Shown one piece after another: positions 55,368 through 64,000 of a DNA stretch of 64,000 nt; position 1 is the first letter of the stretch, and the number at the start of each line of letters is the position of its first letter. The stretch covers positions 1 to 64,000 of the IMG/VR virus record IMGVR_UViG_3300037264_000690; one strand, 5' to 3'. The notes beneath the pieces are model-generated. The model ran no database searches. It was not told where the DNA came from and worked only from the letters and a program-made list of their open reading frames with translations. The stretch comes from a virus. Position numbers and translations under genes: made by a program.

Positions 55368-55793
55368 ATGCGTCGCGTTGTAGCAACCGTTATGGTGTCG
55401 TGTGATGGTGCCAAGCATCGCGTTGGCTTATGTCGTGACGGTAGCTTCATCTACTACAATCACACCGCCATTCACGTCCGTCGTTATCGCTTGCTGGCTG
55501 AAATTGGCGCAGCCACGCCCATATGTCTGAGTTTTTACAAAGACAGAGCCAGCGAATTAATCGTCTACCCTGACATTTCAGAGGTCAACAAGAATCGACG
55601 ATTCCGGGAAGCGATTCGTCGTGTGCAATTGCAGCGTATAACCCTTAACCTTACTCGTAAAAGTGCTGCTACGTTAAAGCCGGTGCCTGTCAAGCAGCTA
55701 CGCCGTAGTTGTTTTCGAAAGTCAAAATCTGCAATCTGGTGGTCTGTTGATGGACGGCCTCGACGACGGAAAGTGTGGGAAGTGTCACAGTGA
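55368..55793 (+). CDS. Hypothetical protein, C-H-H-C family member 3
   Basis: CDGAKH...H....RRY.LL.EIG....IC. Confidence 0.6.
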   Translation: MRRVVATVMVSCDGAKHRVGLCRDGSFIYYNHTAIHVRRYRLLAEIGAATPICLSFYKDRASELIVYPDISEVNKNRRFREAIRRVQLQRITLNLTRKSAATLKPVPVKQLRRSCFRKSKSAIWWSVDGRPRRRKVWEVSQ

Positions 55794-55829
55794 GATCAGG
55801 ATTGATCTTGCAAACCAAGGAGGTGATTC

Positions 55830-56045
55830 GTGGCTCGATCTCAATTCGTCTGCCGGTTCTGTAATGACAAGGTTAGCACGGATGGAGCAATTTGCTTCAC
55901 CTGTCAAATGGAGGGCCGAAGTACAGAGCCGGGCATTCCCAGTGCGCATGATTACTTGGATATGGATTATCACGGGTTTAATCGTGAGCCCGAACAGTCG
56001 TCACATAATCAGTATCACGGAGATTCCATCCGTGATGACATCTGA
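55830..56045 (+). CDS. Small Zn-finger protein
   Basis: AGGAGG RBS; CRFC...CFTC. Confidence 0.6.
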   Translation: MARSQFVCRFCNDKVSTDGAICFTCQMEGRSTEPGIPSAHDYLDMDYHGFNREPEQSSHNQYHGDSIRDDI

Positions 56046-56099
56046 TTAACACCAGCCGTCTCTTAAACTGAGCGGCAAACACTGAAAGGAAGACGCGGT

Positions 56100-56303
56100 A
56101 TGAGTATGCAACTGATCGAAAGCGTGATCAAGCAGCTTGATTACAATGAAGAGCTCCTCAAGACCCAACTGCAGGACATCGCACAGAAAAGGGCGAACGT
56201 CGTCAAGCTTATGGAAGGCCAACAGGCGCTAGACGTCAGCCTCAAGGCGATCGCCATCTGGCTGGACTCGCCTACGCTTTATCGGTGCAGAGTGGTCACC
56301 TGA
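56100..56303 (+). CDS. Small coiled-coil protein
   Basis: AAGGA RBS. Confidence 0.5.
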   Translation: MSMQLIESVIKQLDYNEELLKTQLQDIAQKRANVVKLMEGQQALDVSLKAIAIWLDSPTLYRCRVVT

Positions 56304-56420
56304 GATTTTCAGTAAATCCAGGAAAAAGATGCAGGCTGATCGACAAAGGATTGGTGCACAGACACGGCATGCCTCACAGTACGACCATGAAGTATTCTTT
56401 GGTTGACTGACAAAAGCCCT

Positions 56421-56463
56421 GTCGGGTCGCTCTTCGGAGCGACCCGACTTGCCCATTTCTTTT
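56421..56463 (+). terminator. Terminator-like hairpin
   Basis: GTCGGGTCGCTC-TTCG-GAGCGACCCGAC. Confidence 0.65.
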
Positions 56464-56525
56464 AGCTATCCGCTATAATCCTCAATAGGTGATCTGCTGA
56501 CTTCTCAGTTCAAGGATGGACGGCT

Positions 56526-59384
56526 ATGACTGTAACCATGCCCGGATCTCTACGTAACCGACTTCGGTCTGGTGATTTCAATTTCAGTACCACTGGCACT
56601 TCCCCCGGTTGGTGGCTGAAGTCTGCGTCCTACTGGCGCGATGTATGTCGATATCATCGCTTCAAGCATGGTGAGGTCAAGACTGCCGAGCTCGGTGGCG
56701 GCCAGGACACTCCGTTCGAGCAGGCATTCTCCAACCTGGCCCACGCCTATCTCAAGGATAAGGCTCCGAAACTGCTCGACTATGAAGTTGGCTTCCAACT
56801 GTTGGAAAAGAATCAGGAGAACACCAAGTCAGTCGGCGTGTTTGGCTTCAAGGTCGGCAGCCAGTGGATCTATTGCCCAGTGCTATTCCTCAATGGCGAC
56901 TTGAAGGGCCATGAGCTCATGTACATCAAGTCGCAGGACATGTTCGTCCCGTTGAAGGAAGAATGGATCGATTACATCTTGGGTAAGAAGCCGGCCATCC
57001 TCGGCGAGGGTGTCAACCGTAACCTCAGCCTCATGGGTGTTATGCCGCCCAACCTTTACCAGCTCAGTCGCTCCCCACAGAAATTCGCTGCCGATCAATC
57101 TAGTGGCAAGATCGTACCCACGACGAACACCGAACCTGACCTTCCGATCACAACGCCAGCCGGCTGCCCGAAGATGGCTAGTTGGGCTCGTGAGTTCATG
57201 CCAACTCTGGGTTACTTAACAACCACGCCAGTTGATTACACTGGCATCAAGGGCGTCCCCGATTTGCTCAAGGAGGCCGGCGAGACTCTCTTCCGCTTCG
57301 TTACTGATCAGATCGGCGTGAAGTACCCAACCGTCTTCGCTGACATCGACCGCTTCTATGGTCATGAAATGTTGACTGATGTGGCACAGCACATCTATGC
57401 TCAGAAGAAGGCTGCTGCTAGCAAGAGCCTCGTCAAGAATTCCGCCACTATGGCGTTTGGCGACAAGCCGCCGAAGGACTGGAACGGCACTATGCAGCGG
57501 CCATCCAAGAAGAACGGTGGCGTGCGTTCCGATGGTGAGGAAGCCTGGGATCTGTCTCAAGTCGGCCGCCGTCGGACTGGTGCCCACGTTGGGCACCTGG
57601 GCGATAGTGCCAAGATGGCTAACTATCCCGGCTGTGGCGGCCCGAAGGGTCCAGCATCGATGAAGTGCGAAAAGTGCGGCATGATCAACTGCAAGTGCCC
57701 GCACATGAAGAAGAAGGCATCGATCATCCCGTCGGAGATTGGCCCAACTGAGGCACTACCGGAAGGCATCAAGCATAAGGTCATCAGCAAGGAGACGGTC
57801 AAGCTCGATCCACAGCTCGTCCACGGTATGTCGTCCGATGAACGGCAGACCCTGCTCAAGGAGCGGGTGGTCTTCAAGGATCATCGTGAGGACAAGGACG
57901 TCACGATTGCGTACAACGTCCAGACTCCGCTGCGGATGCAGAACCCCGATCACACTGGCCTCTACTACGTCTTGGTCAAGCCAGACAAGTTCGAGAAGTG
58001 CCTGGTGATCTACCACCCGTACAACGCCGAGCAGCGGCTGGGCCTCTGCACTGTTGTCCGTTTGGACGGCGAGAAGAACTACGTCAACACCCACCCGGCC
58101 AATGTTTGGCACCGGGGCGAGGTTGACAACGACACCTGGAAGAAGTGGCTCGACAAGGAGAAGACCTGCGAGTCGGTGCCGCTGCAGCGCCGCACCAAGA
58201 AGTACGGCGATTATGATTATGATGACAAGCGGGTCTTTCTACTCCTTGGACCGAACGGCGAGGGTACAGCCCCGTTCAAGGCCAGAGAGGAGTACACCGG
58301 TGGCGATGACGAGCAAGTTGTCTATGACGTGCGGTTCGAGGATCATGAGTGGTCTAGTCGGCCAGCTTACCTGCCCGATCATGGTCGTGGCATGAAGAAT
58401 TACGCCGATCCGTGCTGTTTGAACGCGGACGGTGAGCACCTAACATTGACCAAGCGCCCCGGCGTCAAGATCACCGTGAAGTCGGGCTACCTCATGGTCC
58501 CAGACCAGTTCAAGATTATTCAGTGCCGGGACGAGGATGCCTCCGAGAAGACTCGTAACAAGCCGCTGCAACTTGGTACACTTGTTGACGTTCAGACCAA
58601 GATCATGAGCTACACCGAGCCGCTGCGGGTGGTCTCCGATGGTAAGGATGTCACGGTTGAAGAGAACCGCATGGACAAACTGTCGGCCGTCATGCATCTC
58701 TTTTACGATTACGGTCTCCGCAAGGAAGCAGCCGAAGAGATCGTCGACCGTGCGCTCAAACATGGAAAGTGCGAGCCACGGTTGGTCTACTCGAATTACA
58801 TCAAGGCTTGCTGGTCACTCACCGAGAAGCAAGCTGCTGACTCAGGCAATGACATGATCCGTGGTGCGCCAAACGCCCCGCCGTTCCCAGAGCCATACAC
58901 TGGCTATGACCCACTGACTGGTGGCAACGTTCCGACCATGCAGGAGTCTCAGTTCAACATCCCGATTCAGGACATGTCGGCCTCGAAGACAGATCGTTCG
59001 ATCTACCATCCGTTCGGCCCGGACCCGAAGGCCATGCAGGTTGCACAGGATGCCAGCCGCACCGGGCAGAAGGAAGTCTTCGATACCGCCATGCTGGGCA
59101 GTCTGCTCAAGGTGCTTCGCCAGGACAACATGGTTGATCGCTACATGGGCGACCTGATGAAGGGTATGGATCGACTGGGCCGCATCCTATTCCTCTACTA
59201 CTGGCATGGTGAGGAGTTTGAGGATCGCTATGGCAAGCAGGATATGCCTGAGCTGGAAGACGGCCTTCGCAATGCCTTTGAGGGTATCGGCGATATCGTC
59301 TTAGTCCTCAAGCGTAAGGCCATCGAGCCACAGATGTCGGACGATACTGGTAAGGTGGACCTTGGCCCAATTGCCAATCAGTAA
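56526..59384 (+). CDS. Large putative head/structural protein with many K-x-A motifs
   Basis: KTAE, KFAA, KMAS, KKAA, KMAN, KKAS, KEAA, KQAA; first gene of a putative morphogenesis operon. Confidence 0.6.
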   Translation: MTVTMPGSLRNRLRSGDFNFSTTGTSPGWWLKSASYWRDVCRYHRFKHGEVKTAELGGGQDTPFEQAFSNLAHAYLKDKAPKLLDYEVGFQLLEKNQENTKSVGVFGFKVGSQWIYCPVLFLNGDLKGHELMYIKSQDMFVPLKEEWIDYILGKKPAILGEGVNRNLSLMGVMPPNLYQLSRSPQKFAADQSSGKIVPTTNTEPDLPITTPAGCPKMASWAREFMPTLGYLTTTPVDYTGIKGVPDLLKEAGETLFRFVTDQIGVKYPTVFADIDRFYGHEMLTDVAQHIYAQKKAAASKSLVKNSATMAFGDKPPKDWNGTMQRPSKKNGGVRSDGEEAWDLSQVGRRRTGAHVGHLGDSAKMANYPGCGGPKGPASMKCEKCGMINCKCPHMKKKASIIPSEIGPTEALPEGIKHKVISKETVKLDPQLVHGMSSDERQTLLKERVVFKDHREDKDVTIAYNVQTPLRMQNPDHTGLYYVLVKPDKFEKCLVIYHPYNAEQRLGLCTVVRLDGEKNYVNTHPANVWHRGEVDNDTWKKWLDKEKTCESVPLQRRTKKYGDYDYDDKRVFLLLGPNGEGTAPFKAREEYTGGDDEQVVYDVRFEDHEWSSRPAYLPDHGRGMKNYADPCCLNADGEHLTLTKRPGVKITVKSGYLMVPDQFKIIQCRDEDASEKTRNKPLQLGTLVDVQTKIMSYTEPLRVVSDGKDVTVEENRMDKLSAVMHLFYDYGLRKEAAEEIVDRALKHGKCEPRLVYSNYIKACWSLTEKQAADSGNDMIRGAPNAPPFPEPYTGYDPLTGGNVPTMQESQFNIPIQDMSASKTDRSIYHPFGPDPKAMQVAQDASRTGQKEVFDTAMLGSLLKVLRQDNMVDRYMGDLMKGMDRLGRILFLYYWHGEEFEDRYGKQDMPELEDGLRNAFEGIGDIVLVLKRKAIEPQMSDDTGKVDLGPIANQ

Positions 59385-59396
59385 CAGGAGATAGTC

Positions 59397-59867
59397 ATGC
59401 CTCGGGTCTACACTCGAATCTTTTCTGATGAAGCATTTGCGGCTCGACTACCATCTAGTCAGCCTGCCGTGGTTATTGGTGGCACCAAGAAGCGGATTGT
59501 GCGCATGAAGATGGGCTCGGAAGGCCGACTCACTGAACTGACCGTCAAGCAGTTGGAGTCGGAAGCTCAGGTGGCGTTCACGATCGAGGTTCTCAAGTCA
59601 AAGATTCCGTTCCCAGTCGTCGACGCTGATATCGGTGTGGCTGTTGTTCCTGTAGACACCATTAGCCTTTATCGTGTTATATTGCCCATCGTTGGTGTAG
59701 CCGGCTCACCAATCCAGCTCGACGAACAACATGGATTTGCCTACAAGAACATGGATGGTGGTTGGACAGAGAATCAGCAATTCCTCTATCTGTTGATTGA
59801 GCCCACAGCGGCAGTAGCGACGACATGGAAAGTCTCCATGACCGTCGAACGTGACATCGGTAAGTGA
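59397..59867 (+). CDS. Beta-rich hypothetical (possibly structural) protein
   Basis: AGGAG RBS. Confidence 0.6.
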   Translation: MPRVYTRIFSDEAFAARLPSSQPAVVIGGTKKRIVRMKMGSEGRLTELTVKQLESEAQVAFTIEVLKSKIPFPVVDADIGVAVVPVDTISLYRVILPIVGVAGSPIQLDEQHGFAYKNMDGGWTENQQFLYLLIEPTAAVATTWKVSMTVERDIGK

Positions 59868-59880
59868 GTATTTTTTTACT
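59867..59880. promoter_or_regulatory. AGTA-N6-TACT box
   Basis: AGTA-TTTTTT-TACT, 3 nt before ATG 59884. Confidence 0.55.
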
Positions 59881-59883
59881 GCT

Positions 59884-60825
59884 ATGATTCCATCTAAAGA
59901 TGATCCACTGAGGCCACCCGACTGGCGGTGGCTACGAGCAAACTGGCTTAGGTCCACTGGCAAGTACGCGAAGAAAAGCCGTGAGGACGCTGAGACAATG
60001 CTCATCAAGCGCTACCTCTCAGCGAAGGCATTATGCCATAACGAGCTGCAACTGGAGCGGTTGATGTATAAGATGCCAGGTCTGTATCACGCGGAGCAGT
60101 TACACGACCGCGAGGATTTGGATCTGCGGTGGGAAATGGAGGCACGATTCCTGGCACGTGAATCGTTCGAGTCCATTGGCGGTAAGATTGGCATCGATGT
60201 TGAGGTAGTGTTCTGGTACGAGCGAGCCTTCTATAACGTGCTTGAGAAGCTCAACAACCAGAGCTACATTGGCAACGTGGCCATGGGTCGTTCAGTTCAT
60301 CGTGGACTCTTTGAGCGTGACTATGACTTGCTGTGGAAAATGTTCGGCTATGCTTGCGGCCCACTGATGATTGACAGTCTCACCCGCAAGCTAACGAATC
60401 CACAACAGGTTGATGCAGCAGATCAAGTTGACGTAGCCAAGCATGCGCTAACGAGCTCTGCTTTAGTCGATAAGGCTTTAACTGCAGCAATGACGATCCC
60501 GGTAAGTTACAATCAATCTATCATCCTAGAGTTCTATCATAAGATGTTGGAGATTCAGCGGAACTCAGGTAAGGGCGGCGACATCATCGCGATGATTACT
60601 AATAACATCAATTCGGCGTTAACAGCTTTGCCTTTCTCAGCTGAGCGTTCAACAGTTACTGCACCACAACTGTCGTATTACGATGATCAGAGTGCCGAAC
60701 TACGAGCAGACGAGGTGCTTGCAGTCGATTTGGGGTTCGACTCACCGGCTCTTCGAGATGCCGTAAAGGTTACCTTCCCGGGGGCCAAGGATGGCAACAA
60801 TGCAGCGAATCAGCAAGGAAACTGA
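59884..60825 (+). CDS. Hypothetical protein
   Basis: P.RPPDWRW start. Confidence 0.6.
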   Translation: MIPSKDDPLRPPDWRWLRANWLRSTGKYAKKSREDAETMLIKRYLSAKALCHNELQLERLMYKMPGLYHAEQLHDREDLDLRWEMEARFLARESFESIGGKIGIDVEVVFWYERAFYNVLEKLNNQSYIGNVAMGRSVHRGLFERDYDLLWKMFGYACGPLMIDSLTRKLTNPQQVDAADQVDVAKHALTSSALVDKALTAAMTIPVSYNQSIILEFYHKMLEIQRNSGKGGDIIAMITNNINSALTALPFSAERSTVTAPQLSYYDDQSAELRADEVLAVDLGFDSPALRDAVKVTFPGAKDGNNAANQQGN

Positions 60826-62161
60826 GACGAAGCTCGTACGTTCGCTGGAGAAGGTGGCTAACCTTGTCCAGGATGGCGAGACGCCTAGTGACGCTATCGT
60901 CAAAGTGGCTCAAGGTGATGATCTGCCCATTGGGCATGTGCAGTTGATGGTTCAGGCGTATAACAACGCCCGGTTCAATCAACAGCGCAAGTCATCCAGC
61001 CTACTTGCCGAGAAGACAGCTCACTTTACATTGGCGAACCCGAAGGACATCTACGAGCAGCTTTGGCCAAGCAACGTTAAGGAAGCGCATGTCAAGCTGA
61101 TGCGCAACCACAACGAGATTGCTGATGATTACAGTCGGCCACCAGAGAACATCACACCAGATCGCTTCTCGATGCCACATTTCACCAAGGTGGCTAAGGC
61201 ACTGTCTGCTAGCGGTAAGTCGTTGCCTCGTGAATCGGACTATCACATGAAGAAGGCGCATAGCTTACTCAAAGAGCTTGATGTTGAGCATGCAGAGAAG
61301 CGTCGCCTCATGAACGCAGCGCGTGACAAAGTTGCTGAGTCCTTCGATGACTTGAACGATTATTTCAAGGGCAACTATCACTTGCCGTTCACAGCGGTAA
61401 AGGAAGCTGCCGTTTTACTGTATGGACCAGAAGCCGATCCGATCTTTGCTCATCTAGCTGATGTATCGCCGCGTCTGCTCAAGGATAGTGTTGGTCACTA
61501 CAAGTGCGCTGTCGATCGTACCCAGCCGCCCTATACTCTGATCGAAAAGTGCTTAACCAATGTCAGCGACTACTTGCACCGCTTCAATGATCTTGGTAAG
61601 TTCAGCAAGCAAGCCGGGGCCGCGACTGCTGACTTGATGGAGCAGTTTATGCCGCTGCAACGCATCCCAATCAGGGGCTCGCTGCTGCAGCATCGAGGCG
61701 TTGAGAAGTGTGCTGATAACTTAGGCATGCTGACTGGTCCCATTGGTCAGATCGGTCAGACGGTTATGGGACACGCGCTAGCCTCGCAGTTGATGAAGGG
61801 TACCGAACCAAAGGAACCGGAGAAGATGGAGCGGAAGTCGCTCATCAGTCTCATGGACCCTGCTCACGAGCAGAGACTGAGAGGTGTCCGCGCTCAGGCT
61901 ACCTTTCACGACCTAATGGCTAATGATGAGTATCTCCAAGGTGCTGATCCAACTCATGCCACCAAGTTGTACAACGAGATTTCTCGGGTGTCACCGCGTG
62001 CGGTTGACCAACCACTGTTGATGCGTGCCCTGCTTCGTCGATACCTGGCACAGGGTCAAGTTGACCCGAGCGAAGTTCAGCAGCTTGCTGATATTGAAGG
62101 TAAACTCAAGGACCGTGAAGCTCCACAAGAGCAGCATCCGCTCTTTGCTAAGCAGGAGTAA
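60791..62161 (+). CDS. Putative head protein rich in K-x-A motifs
   Basis: 11 K-x-A in the first ~310 aa (counted by eye). Confidence 0.6.
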   Translation: MATMQRISKETETKLVRSLEKVANLVQDGETPSDAIVKVAQGDDLPIGHVQLMVQAYNNARFNQQRKSSSLLAEKTAHFTLANPKDIYEQLWPSNVKEAHVKLMRNHNEIADDYSRPPENITPDRFSMPHFTKVAKALSASGKSLPRESDYHMKKAHSLLKELDVEHAEKRRLMNAARDKVAESFDDLNDYFKGNYHLPFTAVKEAAVLLYGPEADPIFAHLADVSPRLLKDSVGHYKCAVDRTQPPYTLIEKCLTNVSDYLHRFNDLGKFSKQAGAATADLMEQFMPLQRIPIRGSLLQHRGVEKCADNLGMLTGPIGQIGQTVMGHALASQLMKGTEPKEPEKMERKSLISLMDPAHEQRLRGVRAQATFHDLMANDEYLQGADPTHATKLYNEISRVSPRAVDQPLLMRALLRRYLAQGQVDPSEVQQLADIEGKLKDREAPQEQHPLFAKQE

Positions 62162-62166
62162 TCGAC

Positions 62167-63621
62167 ATGATGATTAAGTCGATTCTTAGTTCGTCATATG
62201 ACTTTGGCGAGCCGCCCCTGCAGCTCGTCAAGTCTGGTGCGAATGGGCTACGTGGCGAAGACTTCCGTTCATTTGTTAAGCGGGCTGGTTTCGCAATGGC
62301 GGATGTTGCTCGTAAGGTCGAATTGCACCCAGGCGAAGAGCTGATTCATGGTATTGCTCTGGGCACAACCGAACACTATGGTCCGAACCGAAACGGCGAT
62401 GGCTTCAAGGAAGCGGCCTGCCGGCTCTACCATCCCACATTCGTAAAGTACGCTCGGTGGTATCGCCATCACGCCAACAAGGACACCAAGAAGTCCTATG
62501 GCATCATCAAGTACAGCCACTTCAACGACGACATGAAGCGCATCGAGCTCTTAGCGGCACTAAATCGCACGAAGGAAGCAGCCGAACGTAACGGCGGCCT
62601 GGTCGCCGACGAAGAGCTCGAAGCCCTACACGACGGCAAGGACGTGCCAACCAGTATGGCCTGCAAGGTTGCTTATGACGTGTGTGCTGGTTGCGGTCAT
62701 AAGGCTAAGAACCGCACTGAATACTGCACTGGCAACGATGAAGGTGGCATGTGCAAGCGGGGCGGTGTGAAGAATCGGATGGGCTTCGTCCATGACGATG
62801 GCTTCATGAACCACGTTGATAATCCACACCCGCACTTCTTCGATTGGTCGAAGGTGTATCGTGGTGCGGACCGGACGAGTTTCGCTGACGGCATCCTCAA
62901 GGCTGCCGCCACTGGTGGCGTTGTCATCGGTGGTGCTGAGCTGGCCGAGAAGATGGGAGTGCAGCTGCCCGACATCATCATGGACGTGCCAGCTGTTAAC
63001 CTGTGGCCAACCCGACTTGAAAAGCTGGCTACCAAGCTGGCCGCCATCGAACAGAAGTTCGATCGTGGCGGTTACCAGCAGTACGACCTGGCCCTTTCGC
63101 CTGAGTTCGAGAAGGAAGCTGAGCTGGATGTCCTTCCGAGCGGGCCAACTCATCTTCAGCTCGCCGCGTTGGCAATGCAGAAGATCGCTCTGCCGGTTGA
63201 ATCGTGGTTCAAGCTGGTCCATGGCGACTCGTGCAAATGGGCGAGCGCTGATATGATCCGTGATGGGCTTCCGGGTATCTACGGCCGTATGCTGGCCGAT
63301 GGGTACATCAAGGAGGCAAGCGGATCATTGCCTTCGATTGGCGGCATGATTCCACACTCCCACTGTAAGTGGGCTTATGACCTGGCACCAGAACTTTCAC
63401 TTGATCGCTCGCACCTTGATATCCGCGTGAAGCGAGCAGCCATTCGTGGCTACTCTGTTCCTGACGTTCGCCGTGCACCGTTGGTGAAGTCAGCTGGTGC
63501 AGCCGAGACCCTGGCTCGTGGGTACGCGCTGTACAAGTTGGCCTTTCTCCAGGCACTTGAAGGTCGAGATACGGATTTCGATTTGACATGTACCATGGTG
63601 ACACGGCAGAATTACATTTGA
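62167..63621 (+). CDS. Putative prohead maturation protease with Zn-finger insertion
   Basis: NRNGDGF, RHH.N, IELL, TSMAC.V.YD.C..CG, FFDWS.V...AD. Confidence 0.65.
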   Translation: MMIKSILSSSYDFGEPPLQLVKSGANGLRGEDFRSFVKRAGFAMADVARKVELHPGEELIHGIALGTTEHYGPNRNGDGFKEAACRLYHPTFVKYARWYRHHANKDTKKSYGIIKYSHFNDDMKRIELLAALNRTKEAAERNGGLVADEELEALHDGKDVPTSMACKVAYDVCAGCGHKAKNRTEYCTGNDEGGMCKRGGVKNRMGFVHDDGFMNHVDNPHPHFFDWSKVYRGADRTSFADGILKAAATGGVVIGGAELAEKMGVQLPDIIMDVPAVNLWPTRLEKLATKLAAIEQKFDRGGYQQYDLALSPEFEKEAELDVLPSGPTHLQLAALAMQKIALPVESWFKLVHGDSCKWASADMIRDGLPGIYGRMLADGYIKEASGSLPSIGGMIPHSHCKWAYDLAPELSLDRSHLDIRVKRAAIRGYSVPDVRRAPLVKSAGAAETLARGYALYKLAFLQALEGRDTDFDLTCTMVTRQNYI

Positions 63622-63666
63622 TCTATCGGCAACCATGCCGTAACGAGCCAAAGGAGTGGCTTAGCA

Positions 63667-64000
63667 ATGCCTACTACGATTCCTCAGAACTCGGTAATCG
63701 GTCGTATCAGCTCGCTGATCGAAGAGATCAACGGCGTGAAGACCGCTGCTGACAAGGGTCACACCAAGAAGGGGACCGAGTTGGACCTGAGCGGTTCTGC
63801 CAAGCAGGACCCAGGTGGTTACAAGGGCAAGTCGGACCACCCAAGCGCTCGTGCTGCATCGAATGTCCAGAAGACTCCGCTTGGCTCTCGGGCCAAGGAG
63901 AATGAGACAGACGTCAAGCACGACCATCCCGGTGCCGGTGTGGATAACACCAGCGGCAGTGGTGGCGACCAGGATTCCAAGCAACTCAACATCGGCACGC
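63667..64000 (+). CDS. Partial ORF running off the window; possible scaffold/head protein
   Basis: AAGGAG RBS, MPTTIPQ...VKTAAD, open to the end. Confidence 0.55.
   Translation, partial: MPTTIPQNSVIGRISSLIEEINGVKTAADKGHTKKGTELDLSGSAKQDPGGYKGKSDHPSARAASNVQKTPLGSRAKENETDVKHDHPGAGVDNTSGSGGDQDSKQLNIGT

Noticed and set aside
1-64000. CRISPR array or cas genes
   Set aside because: No regularly spaced repeat-spacer run and no Cas motifs seen
1-64000. Genome-wide TAG recoding suggested by the CUA tRNA
   Set aside because: Conserved long genes are uninterrupted in code 11 and several genes end in TAG at sensible boundaries
1-64000. Minus-strand ORFs in the track (e.g. 38376-39362, 19537-20271, 10300-10944)
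   Set aside because: They are antisense shadows of well-supported plus-strand genes, with no recognisable motifs

Overview
This is a 64-kb, essentially all plus-strand segment of a large (jumbo-type) tailed bacteriophage. The Zn-ribbon SpoVG and the ClpC N-domain suggest a Planctomycetota host (inference). The left third is an accessory region: CmcI methyltransferase, SpoVG, a PNK-like kinase, a PTH2-like hydrolase, a tRNA-like array, a Clp N-domain protein, Rieske and vWA proteins, a glycan-tailoring cluster, PyrF and an HNH. The middle holds a 2H phosphoesterase with a nested HNH, C39/NlpC-like, papain and trypsin proteases, an SNF2 helicase, a LigD-PE/ATP-ligase fusion and an AAA+/vWA module. 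The right part encodes a multi-subunit RNA polymerase (beta fused to the catalytic half of beta-prime, with an intein; the rest of beta-prime is a separate gene) and putative head genes ending in a prohead-protease-like gene. Most notable: (1) five tRNA-shaped RNAs with recognisable D/T arms whose anticodon arm is replaced by non-decoding hairpins or a 115-nt structured insert, plus an amber-suppressor tRNA; (2) a pervasive K-x-A motif, probably a maturation-protease site, which also brackets an HNH gene overprinted inside an open host frame; (3) two gene-capture scars of the same geometry, with a duplicated gene 5' end and an in-frame chimeric junction; (4) two recurrent cis-motifs, CTAAAA-N13-GYGTCATTAT and AGTA-N6-TACT. 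All family calls come from motifs read by eye; no database search was run.
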